Positions 39,412-51,579 of a stretch of 64,000 nucleotides of DNA are shown here, one piece after another. Under the pieces are notes generated by a model that worked only from the letters and a program-made list of their open reading frames with translations, did no database searches and was not told where the DNA came from. Both the position numbers and the translations under genes were made by a program. Source of the DNA: an uncultured delta proteobacterium (lineage in GTDB: Bacteria > Myxococcota_A > Polyangia > Polyangiales > Polyangiaceae); contig CAWJCS010000003.1 of assembly GCA_963841435.1 (NCBI GenBank), forward strand, positions 1,216,001-1,280,000, given 5' to 3'. Within the stretch, counting starts at the first letter, position 1; the number at the start of each line of letters is the position of its first letter.

Positions 39412-39789
39412 TCAGCCCTCCCGCCCGGCAGGTGCGCCCTTCGTCACCTGACCGAACACGATGCCGAGCGGCAGCGCTGCGTAGCCGAGCGCCAGCGGCA
39501 GAGCGTCCGCCCAGTGGTTCTTCAGGACGACGGCGACGACGCCGATCAGCACGGCGAATTTCGCGGCGGCGAGCGCGCCCCAGGAAAGCCCCTGGCCGCG
39601 CAAGAATCCACGAATGACGACGGCGATCGCCCACAGATTACCGACCCCCATCGCGGCCCCGATGGCGACGCCAATCGCGCCACGCGGCGCGCCGACCACG
39701 AAGGGCGACAGCGCGGTGAGAAGCACACCTGCGATGGCGACGGGCCCGAGCAGACCCCCGATGCCTTGCTCCCTAGTCGTGCCGTTCAT
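39412..39789 (-). CDS. atpI: ATP synthase protein I-like membrane protein
   Basis: four TM segments directly upstream of atpB. Confidence 0.7.
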   Translation of the reverse strand: MNGTTREQGIGGLLGPVAIAGVLLTALSPFVVGAPRGAIGVAIGAAMGVGNLWAIAVVIRGFLRGQGLSWGALAAAKFAVLIGVVAVVLKNHWADALPLALGYAALPLGIVFGQVTKGAPAGREG

Positions 39790-40042
39790 CTCGATATTTC
39801 TTTCGCTCCTCGCGCTCGCGCCGGTCGAGCTCTTCGGCCTCACGTGTGGCCTCTTGCGCCGCTCTGTAGAGCGCTCGCACGCCGGCCGCAACGCCATATG
39901 CCAGACCGAGCAGGGTGAGCCACCCGCCGGTGCCCAGGCGCTGGTCCAAGTAATGGCCAGCCACGAGCCCGAGCACGATGCTGAGCGCGAGCTCGAGCCC
40001 GACCGTGCCGTACCGCCCGACGCCTTTCCAGTCTTGCTTCAC
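39773..40042 (-). CDS. AtpZ/AtpI (ATPase gene 1) family protein
   Basis: GLELALSI..GHYLDQRLGT..W motif; first gene of the atp unit. Confidence 0.85.
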   Translation of the reverse strand: MKQDWKGVGRYGTVGLELALSIVLGLVAGHYLDQRLGTGGWLTLLGLAYGVAAGVRALYRAAQEATREAEELDRREREERKKYRDERHD

Positions 40043-40102
40043 AGCGTCCCAAACTAGGGCGGCGACCTAGCACGACTCCGGCACCAGCACTAATGTTGCT
40101 GG

Positions 40103-41104
40103 ATGAACGGCGCCCTGACGCCTGCGGCGCTCGCCGTGTGTTTCCTCACGATTCCGGCCCGGGCCCAGGCCGCACCACCAGCCGCTTCCGCAGCGCCGAC
40201 GCCACCACCCTCACCGCCCGCCGCGACCGCGCCCTCCCCGGCCCCGGCGGCACCGCCTTCGGCGCGGCCCACGGAGTTACCACCGGGCTACTACGTCGAG
40301 GGACAAGAGGCGGCCGGCGGCCAGCCTCCCGCGGTGGACGCCCCTGCTCCCCTCGAGCCACCTGCTCCGGCCGAGTCGCCCGAAGCGGCTCCGCCGCGGA
40401 ACGTGATCATCGAGCCGCCGCCGCCGGGGCTCGGGCCTATCGTCGAGCCGCCGCCACCGCCAATCGCGCGTCACGTCGCGCCTCGCACAGCGATCTGGGC
40501 GGGCCTGCGCGCGGGCTGGTTCGTGCCGTTCGGCAACCTCTACGCTCGTGCGAGCCCGCCGGATCGCTACGGCGTCGTCGTCCTCGATCCGGTCCGCTGG
40601 AGCTCCTACGCAAGCACGGGGCTCGCGCTGGAACTCGACGTCGGGGCGCGAGTGGCCAGAAACTACAACGTTTTCGCGTTGTGGGAGCGTGCGCAGCTCG
40701 GCGGGGGTGACGCCGAATCCGACGTCCATCGCCAGACCAGCGCCGACAGCGACTTCTGGGCCATCGCCGTGCGCGCGAGCTCGAGCCCCGACGATCTCGG
40801 GCTCATCACCGAGATCGCTCTCGGCTACCGGCAGGCGCGCACCCACTTCGACGACGGGGGGGCGCTCGAGCTCACCGATGGCTTGTTCGAAGGGCGGCTC
40901 GGCGTCGGCGCGGACATCCGCGTCAACCCCTGGCTGTCGGTGTCACCCATGGCGACGCTCGGTGTCGGCTCCTTCGGTAGTGTCCACCGCGTGCTCGGAA
41001 CCGGCGTCGGGTACGACGACACCGGGCAGTACGACAGCGCCGACAGCCACGCCTGGTTCACCCTGACCGTCGGCGGGCACGTCGATCTCTTCCCCTCCGA
41101 CTGA
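40103..41104 (+). CDS. outer-membrane beta-barrel protein with Pro-rich N-terminal region
   Basis: signal peptide; Pro-rich linker; amphipathic strands ending WFTLTVGGHVDLF. Confidence 0.65.
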   Translation: MNGALTPAALAVCFLTIPARAQAAPPAASAAPTPPPSPPAATAPSPAPAAPPSARPTELPPGYYVEGQEAAGGQPPAVDAPAPLEPPAPAESPEAAPPRNVIIEPPPPGLGPIVEPPPPPIARHVAPRTAIWAGLRAGWFVPFGNLYARASPPDRYGVVVLDPVRWSSYASTGLALELDVGARVARNYNVFALWERAQLGGGDAESDVHRQTSADSDFWAIAVRASSSPDDLGLITEIALGYRQARTHFDDGGALELTDGLFEGRLGVGADIRVNPWLSVSPMATLGVGSFGSVHRVLGTGVGYDDTGQYDSADSHAWFTLTVGGHVDLFPSD

Positions 41105-41168
41105 GCCCGCAAGCTAGGGGTATCCCGCCCAGGGGTCGGCGCGCGCACGCGTGGCGCGCACCCGCCGC

Positions 41169-41810
41169 TCAGGGCTCGCACTCGCGGAGACGCTTCGCGA
41201 GCGCACGCACGAGCAAATCGCGCATCGCACGGGCGGCGCGAGCGCGGTGGCTCACCCGATTCTTCTCGGTCTCGTCGAGCTCGGCCATCGCGCGCCCGCC
41301 GAGCTCCGGCAAAATAAAGAGCGGATCATAGCCGAACCCACCACTGCCGCGTGGCGCCCGCGCGATGTACCCCTCGACGGTTCCCTCGACGGTCTCCACG
41401 CGCTCGGGCTCCCAGGGGCTCGCGAGCGCGAGCACGCAACGGAAGCGCGCCGCGCGGTCCGCGTCCGCCACCTCGTCGAGCTCGCGCAAGAGGGCGGCGT
41501 TGTTTTCGGCATCGGTGGCGCGCTCGTGGGCGAAGCGCGCAGAGCGCACGCCCGGGCGCCCGTCGAGCGCCTTCACCTCGAGCCCGCTGTCGTCGGCGAG
41601 CGCGTAGAGGCCCGTCGCTTCGCACGCAGCGCGCGCCTTGGTCACGGCGTTGGCCTCGAATGTGACACCATCCTCGGAGGGCGGCGCCCGATCCGGCAGC
41701 ACGCTCGCTACTGGCAGGAGCTGCACGGGCAGGTCGGCGAACAGCGCGCGGAGCTCGCCGAGCTTTCCCTCGTTGGAGGTAGCGAAAAGGAGCGTCAGGA
41801 CGTTGGCCAT
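41169..41810 (-). CDS. rdgB: non-canonical purine NTP pyrophosphatase (HAM1/RdgB)
   Basis: ATSNEGKL.E, ADDSGLEV.AL.G.PGV.SAR, GFGYDP.F, KNRVSHR. Confidence 0.96.
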   Translation of the reverse strand: MANVLTLLFATSNEGKLGELRALFADLPVQLLPVASVLPDRAPPSEDGVTFEANAVTKARAACEATGLYALADDSGLEVKALDGRPGVRSARFAHERATDAENNAALLRELDEVADADRAARFRCVLALASPWEPERVETVEGTVEGYIARAPRGSGGFGYDPLFILPELGGRAMAELDETEKNRVSHRARAARAMRDLLVRALAKRLRECEP

Positions 41811-41823
41811 CGTGATCCCAACA

Positions 41824-43365
41824 CTATATCGCGCCTTTCTCGCGAGATCCCACGGGCAGACTCACGACGAAGCGCGCCCCCTTGCCGCCGGGGCCCGGCT
41901 CGCAGGCGATGCTGCCCCCGTGCGCCAGCACGATGTGCTGCGTGATCGCCAGACCGAGCCCCGTCCCGTGAGTCTTGGTCGTGAAGAAGGGCTCGAACAG
42001 CCGCGCTTGCACGTCGGGCTTCAGGCCGGGACCATCGTCGTCCACGGTGATGACGACGAAGCGCTCGCCGTCGGCGCGAAGACCGATGCGTACGCCGCCA
42101 CCCTGCGGCATCGCGTCTCGGGCATTTTGCACGAGATTGAGCAAAACCTGCTTGACCTGCGCCTCGTCGCACGCGACCGCCGGCAGCTCGCCTTCGACGC
42201 TCACCGCGACACGAATGCCGCGTTGCTCGAGCTCGGGGCGCACGAACTCGACGGCTTCCTGGACGAGCGCCGGGATGTCCTCCGGCTCGCGCGCCTGCAG
42301 CTTGCTGCGTGCCACGGCCAGATACTGGCGACTCAGGCCCGAGAGGCGCTCGACCTCCTTGCCGATGGCACGAAACAGCGTCCGCGCCTCGACGTCACCC
42401 TCGGGGAGCTGCTCTTCGAGGAGCTCGAGGTTGAGCGCGATCGACGAGAGCGGATTGCGGATCTCGTGCGTCACGTGCGCGGCCATCTTGCCGATGGTCG
42501 CGAAGCGTTCGGCGGCGACGAGCTGCTCGTTGGCGCGCGCGATCGCAGCGACCATCTGCTCGAAGGTGCCGGCCAGCTCGCCGATCTCGTCGTCCGAGGC
42601 AACGGCCGTGCGGGGCTCGAGGTCGCCGCGAGCGACGGCGCGAGCCCGTTCGGTCACGGCCCCGAGCGGCCGGAGCACGCGCCGTGCATAAAACGCCATC
42701 AGCACGCCGACGAGCACCGTGAGCACCGAGAGCGCCACCAAAAGTCGAATCGCGAGCAGCTCGCGGGCGCTCGCGCGGTCGAGCAAGAGGTTGACGTGCC
42801 GCCGCATGTCCTGCTCGAGCCCTGCGAGACGCGAGGAAGCCTGCGACCCGCGCGTCACGAGCTCGTCGCGCAGGTGCTCGGCCGCGCTCACCTCGCCGCG
42901 ATCGAGCGTGGAGAAGAGCCGGTCGAGAAGCTCCGTGTCCTCCCCCACGAAGCGCTCGATGGCAGTCACCTGCTGCAAGAGATCGTTGCCGACCTGGCGA
43001 GTGCGCGCGTCACCCTGCGCGAGGAAGGCGCGCGTGATGTCGAGCCGGACGGCGTCGAACGCCCTCGGGCGCCCGACGCGAAGCGATACGTCGAACCACA
43101 CGTGGATGTCGGCGGGGTTCTTCGCGGCCGTGATGTGATTGAGCTGCGTGTTCCAGGTATCTTGCTTGGCGACGAGGTCGCGGACGGCAAGCGCGAGCGG
43201 GAAGTAGCCCGCGCGGACGAGCTGGGTTTCGCGCGCGGAGGAGCGCTGAGCGGAGAAGCTCCACCCCGCGACGGCCGCGAACGCCAGTGTCACGAGCGCG
43301 TACGAAGCGAGCACGCGCGCGGCAACGCTACGACGGAACGTCGTGGGGGACCGGCTGTCACCCAC
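41824..43365 (-). CDS. membrane sensor histidine kinase (periplasmic domain, HAMP, HisKA, HATPase)
   Basis: two TMs; DEIGELA; HEIRNPL; NLVQNA; DDGPG; FFTTK..GTGLGL; start GTG 43365. Confidence 0.93.
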   Translation of the reverse strand: MGDSRSPTTFRRSVAARVLASYALVTLAFAAVAGWSFSAQRSSARETQLVRAGYFPLALAVRDLVAKQDTWNTQLNHITAAKNPADIHVWFDVSLRVGRPRAFDAVRLDITRAFLAQGDARTRQVGNDLLQQVTAIERFVGEDTELLDRLFSTLDRGEVSAAEHLRDELVTRGSQASSRLAGLEQDMRRHVNLLLDRASARELLAIRLLVALSVLTVLVGVLMAFYARRVLRPLGAVTERARAVARGDLEPRTAVASDDEIGELAGTFEQMVAAIARANEQLVAAERFATIGKMAAHVTHEIRNPLSSIALNLELLEEQLPEGDVEARTLFRAIGKEVERLSGLSRQYLAVARSKLQAREPEDIPALVQEAVEFVRPELEQRGIRVAVSVEGELPAVACDEAQVKQVLLNLVQNARDAMPQGGGVRIGLRADGERFVVITVDDDGPGLKPDVQARLFEPFFTTKTHGTGLGLAITQHIVLAHGGSIACEPGPGGKGARFVVSLPVGSREKGAI

Positions 43366-44413
43366 TCGAGAGGCTCCGGGAAAGCACGCTCGCGATATCG
43401 ACAACGCGCGCCCCCTGGACTCTGAGCCAGCCGAGGCTCGACGCGCACCCGGTGACGATGGTGCCGCCACCGAGCCGGTCGTGCTCGGAAAGGCGGTCGG
43501 CCGCAATGGCGCGCGCGGTGCGCGGCATCGCGAAGGGCAAGAGCGCGCCCGAGCCGGCGCAAACGCTGCCGCCTTCACGCCGCTCGAACTCGGCCACGGG
43601 CGCACCGAGCGCACGCTCGAGCACGACGCGCGGCTCGCGCACCACGCCGAGCCCGCGCGCGAGACGGCACGGGTCGTGCCAGCGAAAGATCCCCTCGGCC
43701 GAGAGCGCCGGCCGCAACCGCTCGGGATGCTCCGCGGCCGCCTCCACGAGCGTGCGCGCGCCCAGGCTCCTGAGCTCGAGCGCGCACCCGGCGTCGGCGA
43801 TGAGCAACCGCCGCCCGTCGAGCTCCCGCTCGAGCGCGAGACGCTCGGCTCGTGCGCGCTCGGGGTCGCCCGCCTCTCGCGAGCCGAGCCCACAGCAGCC
43901 GCCGAGCACTTCGACGGGTCCGAGCAGCGCGCGCGCAACGTGGAGCGCGTCGCTTGCTTCGGGCCCGGGCCGCGCGAGGTAGCCACAACCGACCAGGAGC
44001 GCGCTACCCGCACCCCGATCCCCGAGTCGCCGCGCCGCCGCCGCCGCTCGCTCCCGCCCCGCACGAAGCACGGCGTCGAGCCGTCGCGTGCGCTCCGGCA
44101 AAAGGCCGCGCGCGCGATAGGCCGCCCGTGCGTCAGCGAGCGTCTCGGCCACGGGATTCTCGTGGGCGCAGCGATCCCGACAGGCGAGACAGCCCGTGCA
44201 TGCCCAGGGAAGGGCCGCAAAATCGGCATCGGGCTCCACGTCGCCGCGCGCGGCGTACCAGGTGAACGTCATCTTGCCCCACGGGATCAGCGCCTCGCTC
44301 GCCTCGGCTTCGGACACGGGACAGGCCGAGCGACAGAGCTTCGGACAATAGCCGCACGTCTCGAGCGCCGCGCGCCGGTCCTCGAGCATGGCGAGGCGTC
44401 GAGGGCCGCTCAT
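43358..44413 (-). CDS. Fe-S protein with two [4Fe-4S] motifs and CCG domains (GlcF/HdrD-like)
   Basis: CGYCPKLCRSACP, CTGCLACRDRC, GGCCG, WHDPCRLAR. Confidence 0.85.
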   Translation of the reverse strand: MSGPRRLAMLEDRRAALETCGYCPKLCRSACPVSEAEASEALIPWGKMTFTWYAARGDVEPDADFAALPWACTGCLACRDRCAHENPVAETLADARAAYRARGLLPERTRRLDAVLRAGRERAAAAARRLGDRGAGSALLVGCGYLARPGPEASDALHVARALLGPVEVLGGCCGLGSREAGDPERARAERLALERELDGRRLLIADAGCALELRSLGARTLVEAAAEHPERLRPALSAEGIFRWHDPCRLARGLGVVREPRVVLERALGAPVAEFERREGGSVCAGSGALLPFAMPRTARAIAADRLSEHDRLGGGTIVTGCASSLGWLRVQGARVVDIASVLSRSLSSG

Positions 44414-46245
44414 GACGGACCACCCGCCGGCGCCGGCTCCTTGAAGGCCGGGCCGGTGTCGGGCGGTGCCTGGGGCAGATGAAGCTCGAACGTCGCGCCT
44501 GCCGCGCTCGACCGCACCTCGACGCGGCCGCCGTGCTCCTCGACGATTTTCTTGACGATCGCCAGGCCGAGTCCCGTTCCATCGCGCTTGCCGGACGTTA
44601 CGAAGGAATGAAAAATCCTATCTTCGATCTCTGCAGGAATGCCCGGGCCGGTGTCGCTCACCTTGATCAAGAGCTCGCCGGTGCCGAGCGTGGCTTGCAC
44701 GACGAGGGTCCCGCCCTTTTGTCCCATTGCCTCGATGGCGTTGCGCGCCAGGTTGTGAATGGCGCGAGCGATGCGCGCTTCGTCGAAACGCGCCACGACC
44801 TTCGGACCGACCGAGAACTCGACCTTGATCGGCAAACCTTCGATCTCGAGCGCGACTTGGCGCTCGAGCTCACCGAAGAACTTCTTCAGGTACACGCGCC
44901 GCACGAAAATAGAGCTTTTGCCCCGTGCAAATTCGAGCACTTCGCGCTGCATCGACGAGAGCACGTCGAACTGCTTCAGGATGAGCTCGCAGTACTCCTG
45001 ACGCGCTACGCGATCGTCCGAGTCGACCATGAGCTGGACGGAGCCGCTGATGACGGTCATCGGCGTCTTGAAGTCGTGAATCACCTGAGAGAGAAGCCGA
45101 CCGATCAACGTCAGCCGTTCGCCGAGCTCTCGGGCGCGGCTGGCGTTGAAGAGTCGGAGGGCCGTGGAGACGTTGGCTGCGACGAGGCGCACGAGCCCCA
45201 CGTCGGCTTCCCCCAGGCGGCGCTCGTCCGGGCTCGTAAACAGTGCGAGCGCGCCCACGGCCTCGCGCTCGCCCTCGAGCGGGATCGCGATCACGGAGGC
45301 CACGGGGAACGGGTAGGCGGCGTCGGCGCGCGCATCGCCCACGGCGTTCTCGACGAGCAGCGGCTCGCCCGACACCATGGCCGCCCCCAGGAAGCCCACG
45401 CCCGCTTTGGCCGCCCGGCGGCGCGGCGGGTCCGATTGCTCGCGATCGAACAGGCGCTCGACGAGGTCGCCCGTTTCCTCGTCGGCGATGAGCAGCCCGC
45501 CGCCGCGAGCGTCGCTCGCGCGTGTCACTTGTTCGAGCGTCGCGCGGGCGAGCTCGTCGATGCTACCGGCGCGAGCCGTCGCTCGCTCGAGCTCGAACAA
45601 TAGCGAAAGCTCGCGAAACTTTCGCTCGAGCTGCTCCTTGGTGTCGAGGAGCTGCTTGTTCTTCTGGATGAGCGAGAGCACGAGCCGGGAATTGTCGATC
45701 GCGACGGCCGCCTGCGTGCCGAGTGCGCCGAGGATCGATTCGTCGTCGTCGGTGAAACCTCGGCCGCCCCGCTTGTTCAGCACCTGGAGCACACCGATGA
45801 TCCGCCCCACGTGATTTTTCAGTGGCGCCGCCAGCATGCTCGTCGTCCGGTGCCCGGCGAGAAGGTCCCATTCCTTCTCGAAGCGCGGATCCTCGTAGGC
45901 GTCCTCGACCCGGAGTGGCTCCCCCGTCTGGGCCACGAGCCCGACGATGCCGTGCCCCACTTTCATGCGAATCGACCGGACCTCGCTGCCAGCGACGATC
46001 TTCGAAACCAGCTCGTCCCGGGCCTCGTCGAGCAAATACAGCGTGGCGCGATCCGCCTCGACGAGCTCGGTGAGCCTCGCCAGAATCAGCTCCAGAAGCT
46101 CGTCGAGGTCGATGGTCGTGCCGAGGGCGGTTCCAACGTCACGCAAAGCCCGCGATACACGTCGCTCGCGACGCAGAGCCTCCGCAAGGCGCGCCGCCGC
46201 ATCGTCGCCGAGCGACGCCTTTTCCGGCGGTGCCTCGCTGCTCAC
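44410..46245 (-). CDS. cytoplasmic double-GAF sensor histidine kinase
   Basis: GAF GIVG.VA.TG..NKRG..FT..D; HDFKTP H-box; NLARNA; DTGPG; GTGLGL. Confidence 0.93.
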   Translation of the reverse strand: MSSEAPPEKASLGDDAAARLAEALRRERRVSRALRDVGTALGTTIDLDELLELILARLTELVEADRATLYLLDEARDELVSKIVAGSEVRSIRMKVGHGIVGLVAQTGEPLRVEDAYEDPRFEKEWDLLAGHRTTSMLAAPLKNHVGRIIGVLQVLNKRGGRGFTDDDESILGALGTQAAVAIDNSRLVLSLIQKNKQLLDTKEQLERKFRELSLLFELERATARAGSIDELARATLEQVTRASDARGGGLLIADEETGDLVERLFDREQSDPPRRRAAKAGVGFLGAAMVSGEPLLVENAVGDARADAAYPFPVASVIAIPLEGEREAVGALALFTSPDERRLGEADVGLVRLVAANVSTALRLFNASRARELGERLTLIGRLLSQVIHDFKTPMTVISGSVQLMVDSDDRVARQEYCELILKQFDVLSSMQREVLEFARGKSSIFVRRVYLKKFFGELERQVALEIEGLPIKVEFSVGPKVVARFDEARIARAIHNLARNAIEAMGQKGGTLVVQATLGTGELLIKVSDTGPGIPAEIEDRIFHSFVTSGKRDGTGLGLAIVKKIVEEHGGRVEVRSSAAGATFELHLPQAPPDTGPAFKEPAPAGGPS

Positions 46246-46359
46246 GGCCTGATCGAATCACGAACGCGGGCGCGAATCCAGGCTCCCCACCGTGCTCCGA
46301 GCGGAGCGAGCGCTCCGGTTGCACGCGCGCGACGCGTTCGGTACTGATCCTTCGAATCA

Positions 46360-46638
46360 ATGGCTTTGAAACAGCTTCAGCTCACGGTGCGGGGACGAGT
46401 GCAGGGCGTCTACTTTCGCGCGTCGGCCCAGCGCGAGGCGCGGCGCCTGGGGCTCACGGGGTGGGTGAAGAACCGCGCGGACGGGTCGGTCGACATTCTC
46501 GCCGAAGGCGAAGAGATCCCGATTCGCGAGCTCTACGGCTGGGCACAAAAGGGTCCGGGTGCGGCTCGCGTCGATCGTGTCGAGTCGCGCTGGCGCAGCT
46601 TCACGGGCGAGTTCCCGGATTTTCGAATCCTGGATTGA
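46360..46638 (+). CDS. acyP: acylphosphatase
   Basis: GRVQGVYFR, GWVKN..DGSV, GPGAARV. Confidence 0.95.
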   Translation: MALKQLQLTVRGRVQGVYFRASAQREARRLGLTGWVKNRADGSVDILAEGEEIPIRELYGWAQKGPGAARVDRVESRWRSFTGEFPDFRILD

Positions 46639-48176
46639 TGACTGCGAACGCGCGCCGTCTGCCAGCCGTCGCCGCGCTGGCTCTGCTGCTCGGCGCCGCC
46701 GGCAGCGCGCGCGCCGAGCCGGCGTCCGCCGCATCCGCCGCGGCCGTGGCGGCGCCCGGACAGCACGAGCTTCCCGAGTTACCACGCGTCCCCTCGCGCG
46801 AACCCAAGGTGCCGTCGGAGACGGACGTCGCCGACGTGGACGACATCGTTTCACGCGTCACGGGTGACGACGCCGCCAAGCGCGAGGACGGGGTGCGCCG
46901 CATCGTCGAGCTCACGCCGCGCGTCGTGTGGGCCGTCCGGCGCCGGCTCGAAGGCATCGCGAGCAAGGCCGACAAGGAAGCGATGAAGCGCCTGCTCGGC
47001 GAGATCCGGAAGCGCGAAAAGAACGCGCACGACGACGAGGCGGACGATGCCGAGGCGCGCGATCGCGACATCGATTACCTGGATTTCGTGCTCAAACGCG
47101 CACGCCCGAACGACGAAACCTGGCGCAACCTCGCCGCGACGCTCGCGCTGCGCCGCATGCTCGAGACGCTCGCCACGACCCCGGCCGCGCGCGGCATCGT
47201 CGAGGTCTACGTGCGCTTCGGTGACTTCCTGCGCGTCGATACGCAGCGGGCGCTCGCTCGTCTCGGCGATCGTGCCGTACCGGCCTTGATCGAGGCGCGC
47301 CGCCACCCGGCCGAAAAGATCGCGCGCTGGGCCGCGCGGCAGCTCGACGCGCTCGGTCGCTCGACGCCCGGTCAGGCCGCGCAGATCGCGGATCCTCTGG
47401 TCCAGGCCGACGTGCTTCGAGCCTGGGGCTACACGCGCGACCTCGACGCCGCGAGCATCATCGTGAGCTTCGCGGGCAGCGAACGCGCGCAACTGCGCGA
47501 AGCCGCGCGGCAGGCCGTCGCGATGCTCGGCGAGGCCGGCCACTGGCAGCTCCGGGAAGCGTACGAGAACGTCGTCGGCAAGCGAGCGGCACGCGACTGG
47601 ACGTGGGAGCGCACGGCGCGCGAGCTGTTCGGTCAGCTCGACCGGCTGAGGCGCGTCGAGGTCGAGGAGCGCTTCGATAGCGGGCTCAAAGCCCAGGCGG
47701 CCGGCGATCTCGACGCGATGCGGGCCTCGTTCGACGACGTGCTGGCGCGCGCCCCGTTCTTCCAGCGTGCCGACGAAATGGTCGGCGGCTACTGGGAATA
47801 CGGCAAGCGCCACGCCGACGATCGGCCGGCGGACGCGCTCACGGCGCTCCGCCGCGCAGAGCGGCTCAGCCGCGGCGCGACCCACCACGATCGCATCGAG
47901 AGCCTGGCGCTCACGCTCGAGTGGGAGCGCCTCGCCGCCGCTGGCGTCGTCGATCGTCACCTGCTCGTGCGCGCGCTCGAGCTCGACCCGAAGAATGCGC
48001 GCGCGCGGGAGGCCGAAGCCGGCCTCACGAAGCCGATCGCCGAGCTCGACCGCAAGCGCCGCTACGGGATCGCCTTCGCGATCGTGCTCGCGGGCCTGCT
48101 CGGCGTGCTCGGCGTGCTCTTCGGACCGTGGGTCTTGCGGCGATTTCAGCGTCGCGTCGCGTCGGACGAGTCGTGA
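46638..48176 (+). CDS. secreted HEAT/TPR-like repeat protein with C-terminal TM anchor
   Basis: TGATG coupling to acyP; signal peptide; ALARLGDRAVPAL HEAT; ALELDPKNARA TPR; C-terminal TM. Confidence 0.7.
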   Translation: MTANARRLPAVAALALLLGAAGSARAEPASAASAAAVAAPGQHELPELPRVPSREPKVPSETDVADVDDIVSRVTGDDAAKREDGVRRIVELTPRVVWAVRRRLEGIASKADKEAMKRLLGEIRKREKNAHDDEADDAEARDRDIDYLDFVLKRARPNDETWRNLAATLALRRMLETLATTPAARGIVEVYVRFGDFLRVDTQRALARLGDRAVPALIEARRHPAEKIARWAARQLDALGRSTPGQAAQIADPLVQADVLRAWGYTRDLDAASIIVSFAGSERAQLREAARQAVAMLGEAGHWQLREAYENVVGKRAARDWTWERTARELFGQLDRLRRVEVEERFDSGLKAQAAGDLDAMRASFDDVLARAPFFQRADEMVGGYWEYGKRHADDRPADALTALRRAERLSRGATHHDRIESLALTLEWERLAAAGVVDRHLLVRALELDPKNARAREAEAGLTKPIAELDRKRRYGIAFAIVLAGLLGVLGVLFGPWVLRRFQRRVASDES

Positions 48177-48203
48177 GCCTTCGGCCGTCGCGGCCGCGCC
48201 GAC

Positions 48204-48857
48204 TTACTCGTCCTTCGGCTTGGCCGTCTTCTTCGCGCGCTTGGCGGCGGGCTTCTCGCCCTCGTCGGCCTTCTTGTCGGTGGCTTGCGCCTTCTTCTCC
48301 GCGGCGGCCTCCGCCTTCTTGCCTTCGGTCTTCTTGCCGGGCTCGGCCTTGGCCTTCTTGCCGTCCTTTTTGGCCTCGCCCGCGGGTGCGGCACCCGACG
48401 CTTGAGCGCCGAGCTCCACGAACTCGATGAGCGACATCGGCGCGTTGTCGCCGCGACGACGACCGAGCTTCACGATGCGCGTGTACCCACCCGGCCGATC
48501 CCGGAAGCGCCGCGCCAGGTCGAGAAATACCTTCTCGATGAGATCGACGCGCCTGAGCTCACCGCCCGGGGCGCTGACGGTCGCGAAGCGCCTCAGGAAG
48601 CGACCGACGCGCTGTTGCGCGGCGAGGCGGCGCGCGCGATCCGCAACACCGAGGTCAGCCTGGGGCGTGTACGCCACGGGGCCCAGGCGAATGGCGCGCG
48701 TGATCAAGCGCTCCGCGACGCGCCGAAGCTCCTTCGCCTTGGCGTCCGTGGTCTCGATCCGCTCGTTGGCGACCAGGTTCGCCGTGAGCCCCCGGAACAT
48801 GGCGCGGCGATGGCTGGTGTTGCGGCTGAATTGCCGCCCGGATTTCTTGTGTCGCAT
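48204..48857 (-). CDS. rplQ: 50S ribosomal protein L17 with insertion and Lys/Ala tail
   Basis: [35 protein letters not shown]. Confidence 0.97.
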   Translation of the reverse strand: MRHKKSGRQFSRNTSHRRAMFRGLTANLVANERIETTDAKAKELRRVAERLITRAIRLGPVAYTPQADLGVADRARRLAAQQRVGRFLRRFATVSAPGGELRRVDLIEKVFLDLARRFRDRPGGYTRIVKLGRRRGDNAPMSLIEFVELGAQASGAAPAGEAKKDGKKAKAEPGKKTEGKKAEAAAEKKAQATDKKADEGEKPAAKRAKKTAKPKDE

Positions 48858-48860
48858 CGG

Positions 48861-49890
<1,030 letters not shown>

Positions 49891-49995
49891 GCTGTGCTCT
49901 CCTTCTTTTTTCCGGGGTGATCGCGCGGCCGTCCCGGCCCGGTGAGGAACCCGCTCCTCGATCCGGTGCCCGCGGCCTGCCCGCAAGTGACTCTA

Positions 49996-50627
<632 letters not shown>

Positions 50628-50646
50628 GGCGTAAAGCTTCCTGACA

Positions 50647-51066
<420 letters not shown>

Positions 51067-51086
51067 GCTCTAGCTCCTCGTGCGGC

Positions 51087-51457
51087 TCAGCCCGCGCGGC
51101 GCGCGAGGTTCTTGCGCGGACCCTTGCGCGTGCGCGCGTTGGTGTGAGTGCGCTGCCCGCGCACGGGGAGACCCTTGCGGTGACGGAGCCCGCGGTAGCA
51201 GCCGAGGTCCATCAGGCGCTTGATGTTCTGCTGGACCTCGCGGCGCAGGTCGCCTTCGACCTTGAAGTTCGCGTCGATGGCATCGCGGATCGCCTTCACG
51301 TCGGCGTCGGTCAGCTCGTCCACCTTCTTGTGCTCGGGGATCTTCGCGAGCGTCGCAGAGCTCGCGAGCCGTCGCTGGACCGATCCCGTAGATGTACGGG
51401 AAGCGCGAAGGCGATGGCCTTGCGGCGGGGAAGATCGACACCGGCAATACGAGCCAT
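51087..51457 (-). CDS. rpsM: 30S ribosomal protein S13 (two apparent +1 frameshifts)
   Basis: [44 protein letters not shown]. Confidence 0.96.
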
Positions 51458-51465
51458 GACTCTCC

Positions 51466-51579
51466 TCAGCCTTGGCGCTGCTTGTGGCGCGGGTTCGTGC
51501 AGATGATGCGCACGACGCCTTTGCGCCGCACGATCTTGCACTTGTCGCAGATCTTCTTGACGCTCGGTCGTACCTTCAT
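51466..51579 (-). CDS. rpmJ: 50S ribosomal protein L36 (zinc-ribbon type)
   Basis: [37 protein letters not shown]; below the track length cutoff. Confidence 0.98.
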   Translation of the reverse strand: MKVRPSVKKICDKCKIVRRKGVVRIICTNPRHKQRQG

